Origin: Cyanobacteria bacterium P01_A01_bin.123
Lineage (GTDB): Bacteria; Cyanobacteriota; Cyanobacteriia; Phormidesmidales; Phormidesmidaceae
Assembly (NCBI GenBank): GCA_039815185.1
Contig: JBCBZT010000017.1
Location: forward strand, 72,348 to 136,347
DNA length: 64,000 nt
Direction of reading: 5' to 3'
A program made the translations under genes and the position numbers. This document shows positions 1 to 9,742 of the stretch, in pieces. The stretch's first letter is position 1; each line of letters starts with the position of its first letter. Under the pieces are notes generated by a model. It did not search any database. It had not been told where the DNA came from and saw only the letters and a list, made by a program, of their open reading frames with translations.

Positions 1-204
1 ACCGAACAACTGTGTCCCAAAAACTGCATGAATGCTGCATTCCTAGTGAATTCACGATTATTTTTCCTGTCGTTGTAGATAAAACCACTCAAAGCATCCT
101 GAAATCTTCGAGGGGTACCATCGAGGTTAGGTGAATCTATCGAGGCATAAGGTCTAGACCTTCGCCTATTCTTCAAAATAGGCAAAAGGTGTTGAATCTA
201 CCAT

Positions 205-1239
205 ATGAGCGCAGTGAATTTAGAGAGCTCTCGCAGCTATGATGCGATCTCGGACGATCAGCTAAAAGACGAAGATAATGCCATTTGGGTGGTGGATTTA
301 TCTGAGGAGGTTCGCCACACCTGGCTGCAGCGAATTTACTGGTTGCGTTGGGTTGATCGGCTGGCTGAGCAAGAGCAAATTGTGCGTCAAGGTAATGCGT
401 TTCAAGAGTTCCAGCAGGCTTGGAAGCGCCTTTTAGAGAGCGGCCAAGTGCACCCCCATGATCACCAGTGGATCATCCTAGATTATCTACACCAAGTTTG
501 GTTTTCGCCAGAGCGGAGTGCCATTATTGCTGAAGCAATTGAAGCTTGGGATGGTTATGTGGACGCAATGGGAGACTACCATCAGCGTGATTTGACCCTT
601 GAAACCCTGGCAGATTACGAGCTGATGTTAGAGCGTATTGCAGGGTCATTCTTCCAGTGTTTCCCTTATCAAAATGTTAGCCAATTGCAGGCAACTCGAT
701 TCTTTGGCCTGGTCGACCAGTTTTATAACAACCTGCGAGATTTGCACGAAGATACCCTGCAACAGGTGTGTTACTTTCCCGCTGAAGTCTTAGACCGATT
801 TAACCTCCATCGTCAGGAAATTTTGGAGATGACCTGCTTCAAAAATCCAGGCTACTTCAAGCTGATGGAGTTTTGGATTGAAGACTATTTGCCTACCATT
901 CGGCGCAAAACCGCGCGACTGGTACTCGCCAGCGATCTCCATCCCTCTTGGCGATTGTTGGGCAATTGGTGCATTCATCGCTATGGTCGGGTGGAGCGAG
1001 TGATGAAAAGTTGCAGTTACAACTTTGTTGAATTTCCGACTCAATACTGGAAAGAGGTGCGCCGGGATTTAGCTCACTACCATACGTTGACTCAGTCTGG
1101 GCAAATCAGCTCAGTGCAGCGGGCCTATCAAGTCTCTGCGATATCACGCTTCTTAAAACTGAGCCCAGCGACCGTCAACACCATTCAAACAGGATTTAAG
1201 GCCTTGGAACAAAACTGGGACAGCATCTCATCTCGCTAA
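205..1239 (+). CDS. Squalene/phytoene synthase family (head-to-head prenyltransferase fold) protein, divergent
   Basis: FYNNLRDLHED matches the family's second Asp-rich motif, followed by YFPAEVL. ETLADYELMLERIAGS resembles the conserved central helix. The first motif is degenerate (VDRLAE). Confidence 0.75.
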   Translation: MSAVNLESSRSYDAISDDQLKDEDNAIWVVDLSEEVRHTWLQRIYWLRWVDRLAEQEQIVRQGNAFQEFQQAWKRLLESGQVHPHDHQWIILDYLHQVWFSPERSAIIAEAIEAWDGYVDAMGDYHQRDLTLETLADYELMLERIAGSFFQCFPYQNVSQLQATRFFGLVDQFYNNLRDLHEDTLQQVCYFPAEVLDRFNLHRQEILEMTCFKNPGYFKLMEFWIEDYLPTIRRKTARLVLASDLHPSWRLLGNWCIHRYGRVERVMKSCSYNFVEFPTQYWKEVRRDLAHYHTLTQSGQISSVQRAYQVSAISRFLKLSPATVNTIQTGFKALEQNWDSISSR

Positions 1240-1270
1240 GGTATCTTTAACAAGCACTCAACCGATAAGC

Positions 1271-1687
1271 ATGAGCATGCTCAACTTTTTTAGATCTTTG
1301 GTGTTGATTGGATTACTCCTAGTGACGAATATTGCTAATTTAGACATCGTGCTGTCAAACTATGGCTCAACCCAAGGACAGTTGGTGGTGTCTTTGTTTG
1401 AGAGTCCAGCCACATTTTTGGTAGAACCACTGCAGACGGCAATCATTACGCCGATTCCAACGGAGACTGCAGCGGTCAGGTTTGACCAGCTGCCCACAGG
1501 TGATATTGCGATCGCGGCCTTTCACGATGTCAATGCCAATGGCGAACTCGACACGGGCCTGTTTGGTATTCCCACAGAAGTATTTGTGTTTGGCAACAAT
1601 GCCCGAGGCACCTTTGGTCCCCCTTCGTTTCAATCGGCTGCGATCGCTCTAGAAGGCGGCGACAATACCCATAGGGTGTCTTTCTAA
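1271..1687 (+). CDS. DUF2141 family secreted protein
   Basis: Signal-like N-terminus. AIAAFHDVNANGELDTGLFGIPTE..FGNNA..FGPPSF is typical of DUF2141. Confidence 0.85.
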   Translation: MSMLNFFRSLVLIGLLLVTNIANLDIVLSNYGSTQGQLVVSLFESPATFLVEPLQTAIITPIPTETAAVRFDQLPTGDIAIAAFHDVNANGELDTGLFGIPTEVFVFGNNARGTFGPPSFQSAAIALEGGDNTHRVSF

Positions 1688-1831
1688 TTGGGCTATGGAG
1701 TTACGGCTGTGCCGCCTACCCGACATCTTCTCGATTCAGATTTACCGTTGGCATAACAATGCAGATGCGCTCAGTCGCCTGGTGGTTGGCTGGTCATCAA
1801 AAACACATCTGACTTTCGAGAAATTGAAATC

Positions 1832-2848
1832 ATGCAACGCCAACCTTTGTCCCAATTGTCTGACCGCCTGTTTATTACCGATGGCGGTCTCGAAACAACG
1901 CTAATTTTCCATGCAGGGTTACATTTGCCTGACTTTGCTGCATTTGACTTGTTAAAAGATGCACTGGGTTACGAAGCGCTATATCAATACTTTCGAACCT
2001 ATGCCAGACTTGCCCAGACCTATAATGTTGGCTTGGTGTTAGAAAGTGCGACTTGGCGAGCCAGCGCGGATTGGGGGACTAGGTTGGGCTATTCTACTGA
2101 GGCACTCGCTGAGGCTAACCACCGCGCGATCGCGCTATTGAAAATCATCAGTGATAAGTATGCTACGCCCCAATCTCCTATGGTGATCAGTGGTTGCATT
2201 GGCCCCCGAGGAGATGGCTACAATCCAGCTGAATCGATGAATACTACTGAGGCTGCGACTTACCATCGGCCACAGATTGAAACGTTACGCCAAGCGGGTG
2301 CAGATTTCGTGACGGCCATCACGATGACCCATACCGAAGAGGCCATCGGTATTGCCCGCGCGGCTCAATGGGCTGAAATGCCTGTGGTGATTTCGTTTAC
2401 CGTCGAAACAGATGGTTGTTTACCGACGGGACAATCGCTCAAGCAAGCGATTCGTCAAGTGGATGCCGTTACCAGTAGTGCCCCAACTTACTACATGATC
2501 AATTGTGCCCATCCATTTCATTTCGCCCATACCTTACTGTCTGGGGAACCCTGGCTAGCAAGGCTGCGGGGCATTCGACCTAATGCATCCCAAATGAGTC
2601 ATGCTGAACTCGACAATGCCGAAACGCTCGATGCGGGCAATCCCATTGAACTGAGTAGCCAGTGTGGCGCTCTAAAACGCAAACTGCCCAACCTAACGGT
2701 AATTGGGGGCTGCTGTGGAACCGATCATCGCCATGTCGAAGAAATGTGCAAGGCTTTTGTGGCTTCGAACACTGAAGCTGTTAACGAAAATAACGACCTA
2801 AAAACTAAGTTGCAGAAGCGCGATCGCGCTTCTGCAAGCTTGCCCTAA
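1832..2848 (+). CDS. Homocysteine S-methyltransferase family protein
   Basis: TDGGLET N-terminal motif, with Zn-binding INC and GGCCG cysteines. Confidence 0.9.
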   Translation: MQRQPLSQLSDRLFITDGGLETTLIFHAGLHLPDFAAFDLLKDALGYEALYQYFRTYARLAQTYNVGLVLESATWRASADWGTRLGYSTEALAEANHRAIALLKIISDKYATPQSPMVISGCIGPRGDGYNPAESMNTTEAATYHRPQIETLRQAGADFVTAITMTHTEEAIGIARAAQWAEMPVVISFTVETDGCLPTGQSLKQAIRQVDAVTSSAPTYYMINCAHPFHFAHTLLSGEPWLARLRGIRPNASQMSHAELDNAETLDAGNPIELSSQCGALKRKLPNLTVIGGCCGTDHRHVEEMCKAFVASNTEAVNENNDLKTKLQKRDRASASLP

Positions 2849-2890
2849 TCCACTCCACAGGATCCTTACAAATCAAGGGTGTAAGGATAG

Positions 2891-4282
2891 TCAAGCATTG
2901 ACCATAGTCTTTACCTGAGGCCCGGTTTCAGGTTCTTCAAGCCCAGGAATTTCATCGTGGCCTGTAATCAAGCGAACACCGCGCTTGCGTGTGAAGTAGT
3001 TCCAGGCCCACTGGGTCATCACCAATAGTTTATTGTCAAACTCCACCAGATAGTAGATATGAACAATAATCCAGACAAACCAGGCTGGGAACCCCCACAT
3101 CTTTAAGAAGCCCAGGTCAACGACCGCAGCATTGCGGCCAATCACAGCCATGCTACCCTTATCGCTGTACTGAAACTGAGGCATTTCAGCACCAGTAATC
3201 CGGCTTTGAATCACCTTCGCAATGTGTTCACCCTGCTGCATTGCAACTGCCGCAACCCCGGGTAACGGCTTGTCATCGCCCTGGTGGGCATAGTGAGCTA
3301 AGTCACCCACGACATAAAGATTGCTGTAGTTGGGAACGCTCATGTCAGGCTCCACAATTACCCGACCCACCCGGTCGAGTTGAGCACCCGTGCGCTCAGC
3401 AATCACACCTCCCACGGGGGATGCTTTCATACCTGCCGCCCAAAGAACGGTGCAGGCTTGTTGTTGGCTGATTTCTTCACCGCTACGGAATGTTACCGTA
3501 TCCCCTTCAATACCCGTCACTAAGGTTTTGGTGCGGATTGTTACGCCCAGCTTCTCTAAGGCTGCTTGGGCCTTAGCCGAGAGTTCCGGTTTGTAGGGTG
3601 GCAGCACCCGATCCATTCCTTCCACCAAAATGATTTCGGTTTGGGCGGTATCAATCGCGCGGAAATCGTCCTTCAACGTGTCATAGGCCAAATCAGCCAG
3701 TGCCCCAGCCAGTTCCACCCCAGTTGGCCCGCCGCCCACAATGACAAATGTTTGTAACGCCTTCCGTCTGGCAGGATCTGTGGCCTTTTCTGCTGCTTCA
3801 AAAGCCAAGAAAATCCGACGGCGAACTTCCAGTGCATCCTCAACGGTTTTCATCCCGGGGGCGATGCTCGACCACTCATCTTCCTTGCCAAAGTAGTGGT
3901 GGCTGACGCCAGTGGCCACAATCAAACTGTCGTAGCCAATCACCTCACCATTTTTAAGGGAAACCCGTTGGTGATCAGCATCAATGTTGGTCACCTCACC
4001 CATAATTACCTGGGCATTCTTTTGGCTACTTAAGACAGCCCGTAGGGGGGAAGAGATGTCTCCAGCGGATAGCCCTCCAGTTGCGACCTGATAAAGCAGT
4101 GGTTGGAACAAATGAAAGTTGCGTTTATCGATCAACGTAATCTTAACGGGGGCTTTAGCCAGGGATTTAGCGGCGTAAAGACCTCCAAAGCCACCACCGA
4201 CAATGACAACGTGGTGAAGAGGTGTTTCTGGGCCAGAGGTAGCTTGATGAGACGGTGAGGGACGCTGGAGAACTGCTGTCAT
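2891..4282 (-). CDS. Type II NADH dehydrogenase (NAD(P)/FAD-dependent oxidoreductase)
   Basis: VVIVGGGFGG, FQPLLYQVATG, IVGGGPTGVELAG and YVVGD motifs. Start probably ATG at 4282 (MTAVLQ), though the ORF extends to 4339. Confidence 0.9.
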   Translation of the reverse strand: MTAVLQRPSPSHQATSGPETPLHHVVIVGGGFGGLYAAKSLAKAPVKITLIDKRNFHLFQPLLYQVATGGLSAGDISSPLRAVLSSQKNAQVIMGEVTNIDADHQRVSLKNGEVIGYDSLIVATGVSHHYFGKEDEWSSIAPGMKTVEDALEVRRRIFLAFEAAEKATDPARRKALQTFVIVGGGPTGVELAGALADLAYDTLKDDFRAIDTAQTEIILVEGMDRVLPPYKPELSAKAQAALEKLGVTIRTKTLVTGIEGDTVTFRSGEEISQQQACTVLWAAGMKASPVGGVIAERTGAQLDRVGRVIVEPDMSVPNYSNLYVVGDLAHYAHQGDDKPLPGVAAVAMQQGEHIAKVIQSRITGAEMPQFQYSDKGSMAVIGRNAAVVDLGFLKMWGFPAWFVWIIVHIYYLVEFDNKLLVMTQWAWNYFTRKRGVRLITGHDEIPGLEEPETGPQVKTMVNA

Positions 4283-4417
4283 GGAGTTATAACCAAGTGT
4301 TAAGTTTCCTAAGCAAATATTACTCGCTATCGGCCCCATAGTGCCCAGATATTTATTCTAATTCACGGGAAATTTGTCAATCAATTGTTTCAAAATAAAA
4401 GAAGTTGTGTTGTGTCT

Positions 4418-5956
4418 TTACTTTGGCGGCGATTCGCATGTGTCGGGGTCGTCGGTTTGGGGCGTTTCAGTGGCGTTGACATAATCACTATCGGACTTTG
4501 CACCTTCGGCAGCTTGAGGGAGGGGCTTAGATTCAAGGGGCTTGCCGCCGTAGGTTGGTAGCAGGGTCAGTTGGTTGTTAGCGCGAGGCTTGGTGGATTG
4601 GCGTCGTCTGCGGGACACGTTTTCTTCGGTGGTTTCTTCGGCAATCACTTCATACAGTAAGGCGAGCTTGTTGCCAGTGCCTTTACGCAAAACACGGCCC
4701 AAGCGCTGGATATATTCGCGAGTAGATCCAGATCCTGAAAGCAAAATGGCGATCCGGGCTTCGGGTACGTCGACCCCTTCGTTGAGTACGTGGGAGACCA
4801 CTAGGGTTTTGTAGGTACCGTCGCGAAAGGCTTGAAGAATGCTATGGCGCTCTTTCACCGGGGTCTGATGGGTAATAGCGGGGATCAGAAAGTCTTGAGA
4901 AATTCGATAAACCGTGGCATTGTCATTGGTGAAAATCAACATTCTGTCGGGATAGTGCTGGGCTAGCAGATTAGTCAGCACCTGCAGTTTGCCTTCGGTC
5001 CCTAGGGCAATGGTTTTGGCTTCGCGGTGGGCTAGCATGGCGCGGCGACCCGCTTGGGTGCGAGCGCTGGCTTGTACAAACCGCTGCCATCCCTGGGCTG
5101 AACTCAGCCAGATATTGGTCTGCTGCAAAAATTGGTTGCGGTGTTGAATCAGGTGGTCGTAGCGATCGCGCTCAGTATCAGACAACTTGACCTTGATTTG
5201 AATGATCTGATAAGGCGCGAGGGCTTGCCCAGAGAGTTCTTCGGCGGTTTTGTGATAGATGACAGGCCCTAATAGTGTGGTTAAATCGGCATGGCGACCA
5301 TCGGCCCGATCGGGGGTCGCGGTGAGCCCCAGGCGATAGGGAGCGATCGCGTATTCTGCAATCACCCGGTTAAAGTCACTGGGCAAGTGATGGCACTCAT
5401 CGCAAATCAGCAGTGCATATTGGTTGCCTAAGGTTTCGGCGTGGATAGCGGCGCTGTCGTAGGTGGCCACTAGAATCGGTGTGCGATCGCGAGAACCGCC
5501 CCCCAACAAACCAATCTCTATATCCGGGAAAGTAGCCTTGAGCTGGGCATACCACTGGTGCATTAGATCCAGCGTCGGTACCGTGATCAGAGTGCTGCGG
5601 GGGGTGGTTTGCATGGCTAACTGGGCCAAGTAAGTTTTGCCAGCAGCGGTTGGCAGCACGACGACACCGCGCCATCCTGCCTCAATCCAGGCTTGTAGTG
5701 CCTCTTGCTGGTGCGAGTAAGGCTGCATCACCACTTGGGGTTTCAAGCTTAGGGGTTGAAACCCCAGGGCTTGATCGTTGAAGGTGACAGATTCAGCTTT
5801 AAGCGCTTCGACCAAAGGCCGATACTGGTTGGCCGGGACTCGAAATCGCTCAATCCGATCATCCCAAACTGCAAACTCAATCCAGCTTTTGCCCCGGGGT
5901 GGTGGGTGGAGGACTAAGGTACCGCGATCAAATCTCAAGGTTGGGGTGCGCGGCAT
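4418..5956 (-). CDS. Superfamily 2 helicase, XPB/Rad25-like
   Basis: LPTAAGKT (Walker A), DECHH, GLTAT, NEGVDVP and QRLGRVLR motifs. Confidence 0.9.
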   Translation of the reverse strand: MPRTPTLRFDRGTLVLHPPPRGKSWIEFAVWDDRIERFRVPANQYRPLVEALKAESVTFNDQALGFQPLSLKPQVVMQPYSHQQEALQAWIEAGWRGVVVLPTAAGKTYLAQLAMQTTPRSTLITVPTLDLMHQWYAQLKATFPDIEIGLLGGGSRDRTPILVATYDSAAIHAETLGNQYALLICDECHHLPSDFNRVIAEYAIAPYRLGLTATPDRADGRHADLTTLLGPVIYHKTAEELSGQALAPYQIIQIKVKLSDTERDRYDHLIQHRNQFLQQTNIWLSSAQGWQRFVQASARTQAGRRAMLAHREAKTIALGTEGKLQVLTNLLAQHYPDRMLIFTNDNATVYRISQDFLIPAITHQTPVKERHSILQAFRDGTYKTLVVSHVLNEGVDVPEARIAILLSGSGSTREYIQRLGRVLRKGTGNKLALLYEVIAEETTEENVSRRRRQSTKPRANNQLTLLPTYGGKPLESKPLPQAAEGAKSDSDYVNATETPQTDDPDTCESPPK

Positions 5957-5964
5957 AAACCAAA

Positions 5965-6011
5965 TCCGATTTGAAAACTTGGGTTTTGAGCTTGGAGAAA
6001 ACTATGGATTG
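5965..6011 (+). repeat. Dispersed repeat family A, copy 1
   Basis: TCCGATTTGAAAACTTGGGTTTTGAGCTTGGAGAAAACTATGGATTG, with related copies at 7066, 9641, 26631 and 40797. Confidence 0.8.
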
Positions 6012-6040
6012 AGAGGGGATTGGAGGTGGCTGAGGGTTAA

Positions 6041-6868
6041 CTACTCTTGAATCAATGCCTGCACAGCACTCGCTTGACGCACGTGGGTAAAGCTGGGGTC
6101 AGTTTTGACCATCATCCGATAGAGCTGCGGACTCAGCTGAATAGCCTTTTGTAAATTGTGAGCCGATTGATCAGCTTTGTCTTGCAACGCATAGGTAACG
6201 GCTCGTCCGTACCAGGCGTTGGGGTTATCTTCCCGATACTTAAGAGAGATGTCAAAGCTAGCGATCGCATCCTCAAACCGCTTCATTTTATTGAGGACAA
6301 AGCCCCGATAATTCCAGGCGTAATAACAGTCACGTTTGAGCGTTAGCGTTGTGTCGAGGCTATCGAGGGCCTGCTTATAGCGGCGGACAGAAGCCAATGC
6401 GATCGCCTTGTTATACCACGAACGATAGTGGTTGGGGCGCAGCTTAATCGCCCGTTCAAAACTGCTGATCGCCTCGATAAACTGATCCAAATGTAGTTTG
6501 GCATTGGCCAGGTTGTACCAGGCTTTGGCGTCGCTTGGATCACAGGCTACGGCCCGTTCAAAACTAGACAGTGCGGCTTCGTAGTCTCCTTGCTTAGCCT
6601 GAACAATGCCGAGGCCATGCCAGGCTAAGACGCTTTTGCCATTCAGTGACAGGGCTGCCTGGAAACTCTCTAGGGCCATCTCATAGGACTTGAGTTCGAA
6701 CAAGGCATAGCCTCGATGGATCCAGCTCTCCCAGTTGTGAGGATTCTGGTTCAGAACCTGATCAAATTTCGCGATCGCACTCTCGTAGTGGCCAATGTCA
6801 TACAGGGCAGTGCCTTGACCGTACCAAGTTTCAGAGTTGGAGTTTTGCGCTTCAGGGGAGGTAAACAC
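6041..6868 (-). CDS. Tetratricopeptide repeat protein
   Basis: About 34-aa repeats with the AWxxxG/AxxxFxxA pattern throughout. GTG start. Confidence 0.9.
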   Translation of the reverse strand: MFTSPEAQNSNSETWYGQGTALYDIGHYESAIAKFDQVLNQNPHNWESWIHRGYALFELKSYEMALESFQAALSLNGKSVLAWHGLGIVQAKQGDYEAALSSFERAVACDPSDAKAWYNLANAKLHLDQFIEAISSFERAIKLRPNHYRSWYNKAIALASVRRYKQALDSLDTTLTLKRDCYYAWNYRGFVLNKMKRFEDAIASFDISLKYREDNPNAWYGRAVTYALQDKADQSAHNLQKAIQLSPQLYRMMVKTDPSFTHVRQASAVQALIQE

Positions 6869-7065
6869 AGCACTAATAGTGTCAGGTCAATGGAAGCAAG
6901 GTCAAGCAGCTGCGAATGAAACCGAGAAAGCGAGAGCCAGTAAATCAAATGTGATCTCAAAGTGATTAAGCCAGTCCCGTAGCATCCTGAACCCCTGAAT
7001 TCAAAGGAGATTTCTATTTTGCAAGATCACTATTCTGGTGGATACTATAAGGCCAATGCATGACA

Positions 7066-7136
7066 TCCGATTTGAAAACTTGATTTGGGGTGCAGCACCT
7101 ACGCCCCAACTGAAAAAGCTATAGTTCTGAATCAGG
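7066..7136 (+). repeat. Dispersed repeat family A, copy 2 (with internal hairpin)
   Basis: TCCGATTTGAAAACTTGAT, then the TTGGGGTG..CGCCCCAA hairpin, then CTGAAAAAGCTATAGTTCTGAATCAGG, which matches the end of the 26631 copy. Confidence 0.75.
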
Positions 7137-7251
7137 ACAAAGTTTAGAATAAAACTTTTATAGCTCCTTATGCCATTGCAGTGGACTATCAGCGCTTTTA
7201 GCCAAGATTTTAAACCCCATCTAAAGTCCTAGCAACAAAACTCAACACTTT

Positions 7252-8661
7252 ATGCCCGCTTCGACAACCTATCGCATCGAAAAAGATTCTATGGGGGAAC
7301 GCCAAATTCCTGCCCATGCCTATTATGGTATCCAGACGTTACGAGCGGTTGAAAACTTCCCAATTAGCGGCCTTAAGCCGTTGCGCATCTATGTCGATGC
7401 TTGTGTGTTAATCAAAAAAGCGGCGGCGATCGCCAATGGGGAATTGGGCTGTATCCCATCCGACATTAGCCGCGTCATTGTCCAAGCTGCTGATGAAGTC
7501 CTGGCAGGCAATCTGCGTGATCAGTTTATCGTTGATGTCTATCAGGCTGGGGCAGGTACCTCTCACCATATGAATGTAAATGAGGTCTTGGCCAACCGTG
7601 CCTTGGAGATTTTAGGAGACGCCAAGGGCAACTATGGGCGATTGAGCCCCAATGACCACGTCAACTACGGCCAGTCCACCAATGATGTGATTCCGACTGC
7701 GATTCGCATTGGCGGTTTGATTGCCATGGAACATCGTTTGTTCCCGGCCCTCTCCGATGCGATCGCGGCCCTCGACAATAATGCTGAAGCCTTTCAAGAC
7801 GTGGTGCGTTCAGGCCGGACTCACCTACAAGATGCCGTGCCTGTGCGGTTGGGCGAAACGTTTCGGGCTTGGGCCCAAATCCTCACCGAACATATGATTC
7901 GCATTGAAACGGCCTCTGGCGATCTGACCCTGTTGGGGTTGGGCGGGAGTGCTGCCGGAACCGGATTAAATACCCATCCCCAATATCGATCGCGGGTGGC
8001 TGAATTACTCGGCCAACTGATTGATCAGCCGCTGAAACCTGCGCCCCATTTGATGGCGGCAATGCAAAGTATGTCCCCTTTTGTGGCCGTTTCTGGTGCC
8101 CTGCGTAACCTGGCTCAAGACTGCGTCAAAATTTCCCACGATTTGCGTTTGCTGGATTCTGGCCCCAAAACTGGGTTCAAAGAAATTCAGCTCCCGCCAG
8201 TGCAACCTGGTTCGTCGATTATGCCGGGAAAATACAATCCGGTGATGGCCGAGATGACCTCTATGGTTTGCTTTCAGGTAATGGGCTATGATCAGTCGAT
8301 TGCGTTAGCCGCTCAAGCTGGGCAGCTTGAACTCAACGTGATGATGCCGCTGATTGCCTATAATCTGATTCACAGCATTGAGATTCTCGGCAATACGCTA
8401 GCCGCCTTCACCCAAAAATGCCTCAAAGGTATTGACACCAATCGCGATCGCGCTTTGGCCTATGCTGAAGGTAGCTTGGCCCTAGTGACGGCCTTGAATC
8501 CACACATTGGTTATCTCAATGCCGCGGCGATTGCTAAAGAATCCTTAGAGACGGGCAAATCCTTAAGACAACTGGTGCTTGAGAAAAACCTGATGGACGC
8601 TGACAAATTGGCTGAAGTCTTGGATTTGGCCCAAATGAGCAAAATTATTGGTACTCCTTAA
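7252..8661 (+). CDS. aspA: Aspartate ammonia-lyase (fumarase/aspartase superfamily)
   Basis: GSSIMPGKYNP signature and GRTHLQDA. YYGIQTLRAVENF and QAGAGTS look more like aspartase than FumC. Confidence 0.8.
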   Translation: MPASTTYRIEKDSMGERQIPAHAYYGIQTLRAVENFPISGLKPLRIYVDACVLIKKAAAIANGELGCIPSDISRVIVQAADEVLAGNLRDQFIVDVYQAGAGTSHHMNVNEVLANRALEILGDAKGNYGRLSPNDHVNYGQSTNDVIPTAIRIGGLIAMEHRLFPALSDAIAALDNNAEAFQDVVRSGRTHLQDAVPVRLGETFRAWAQILTEHMIRIETASGDLTLLGLGGSAAGTGLNTHPQYRSRVAELLGQLIDQPLKPAPHLMAAMQSMSPFVAVSGALRNLAQDCVKISHDLRLLDSGPKTGFKEIQLPPVQPGSSIMPGKYNPVMAEMTSMVCFQVMGYDQSIALAAQAGQLELNVMMPLIAYNLIHSIEILGNTLAAFTQKCLKGIDTNRDRALAYAEGSLALVTALNPHIGYLNAAAIAKESLETGKSLRQLVLEKNLMDADKLAEVLDLAQMSKIIGTP

Positions 8662-8671
8662 CGCAAGTTCT

Positions 8672-9634
8672 ATGATTAATTCAACACCCCAGGCGACCGC
8701 ACCCTACGCTATGGATGAAGAAGCCTGGTGGGTTCAGCAATGGGTTGATTTACTCAACTCCTATCGATTCAAGAAGCGGTTAGAGCGCGGGCGACGCTAC
8801 GCCCGTGAAGGTCATATCCTCAGCCTAGAATTCAAAGGCTCCAAAGTGGCTGCCAAGGTTCAAGGTACAGCGCCTGACCCCTATAAGCTCTCAATCTGGA
8901 TCGACCCCTTCTCGGACGAAGATTGGGACTATGTGGTTGATACCCTCGCCGAGAAAGCGCTGTTCTCAGCCCAGCTTCTAGCTGGAGAAATGCCCAAAGA
9001 CATTGAGGCCGTTTTTACCGCCAATGGTTTGAGTCTGTTTCCGTTTACCCTGTCCGATGTCCATTCCCGCTGTAGCTGCCCCGATCCAAAGAACCCCTGC
9101 AAACACATTGCGGCGGTTTACTACCAATTAGGAGACTTCTTTCGCGAAGACCCCTTTGTCCTGTTTCAACTGCGGGGCCGCACCAAAAGCCAACTGCTTG
9201 AGGCCCTACGTCAACGACGCAGACAGCAAAACCAAGTTGAAGCCGGGGTCGGATTGGCTGAAACTGCATCGGTTGAAGCTGAATTAACCGAAGCGGAATC
9301 AGCTGAAACTGCATCGGTTGAAGCTGATTCAACCGTGATCATGGCCGCCGATGACATGTTGGTGGCATCTGAAACGGCGATCGCGCCCGCATCGACAGAT
9401 CAGTTCGCAGTGAGTCGCCCTGTAACTGAACGCCCCCTTGACTTACAGCGATTTTGGCAATACGATCAGTCTCTTGATCACTCTTTAGTCGTCATTACCC
9501 CGACGAGTGAGACAGTGCTAGACACCCTAGGCCCCCTGCCGCTCCCTGCCGAAGATGCCCAAGCCGTGATGAACTATCTCAGAATGATCTATCAACAGGT
9601 GGGACAACAGGCAATGATGTCTGCCCTGAGCTAA
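8672..9634 (+). CDS. SWIM zinc finger protein
   Basis: CSCPD....CKH SWIM motif, RLERGRRYAREG and DPFVLFQLRG. Start probably ATG at 8672. Confidence 0.9.
   Translation: MINSTPQATAPYAMDEEAWWVQQWVDLLNSYRFKKRLERGRRYAREGHILSLEFKGSKVAAKVQGTAPDPYKLSIWIDPFSDEDWDYVVDTLAEKALFSAQLLAGEMPKDIEAVFTANGLSLFPFTLSDVHSRCSCPDPKNPCKHIAAVYYQLGDFFREDPFVLFQLRGRTKSQLLEALRQRRRQQNQVEAGVGLAETASVEAELTEAESAETASVEADSTVIMAADDMLVASETAIAPASTDQFAVSRPVTERPLDLQRFWQYDQSLDHSLVVITPTSETVLDTLGPLPLPAEDAQAVMNYLRMIYQQVGQQAMMSALS
9257..9327 (+). repeat. In-frame 26-bp direct repeat in SWIM gene linker
   Basis: GCTGAAACTGCATCGGTTGAAGCTGA at 9257 and 9302 (45-bp period), encoding AETASVEA twice. Confidence 0.9.
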
Positions 9635-9640
9635 CCTCCA

Positions 9641-9666
9641 TTCGATTTGAAACCTTGAATTTTAGA
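9641..9666 (+). repeat. Dispersed repeat family A, partial copy 3
   Basis: TTCGATTTGAAACCTTGAATTTTAGA, followed by a GTTGGTCCTA..TGGGGCCAAC hairpin. Confidence 0.6.
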
Positions 9667-9742
9667 GTGTTGGTCCTAGGGTCTCAAGGCATGGGGCCAA
9701 CGCTATAAGATATGGGATACAGAGTTTGAATAGGTAATTGCG

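Noticed and set aside
1695..1904. 69-aa ORF between DUF2141 and the methyltransferase
   Set aside because: It overlaps the methyltransferase start and has no recognisable motif.
7252..8661. fumC assignment
   Set aside because: YYGIQTLRA and QAGAGTS match aspartase-type sequences better than FumC (WGAQTQRS, QTGSGT). Fumarase activity is not excluded.
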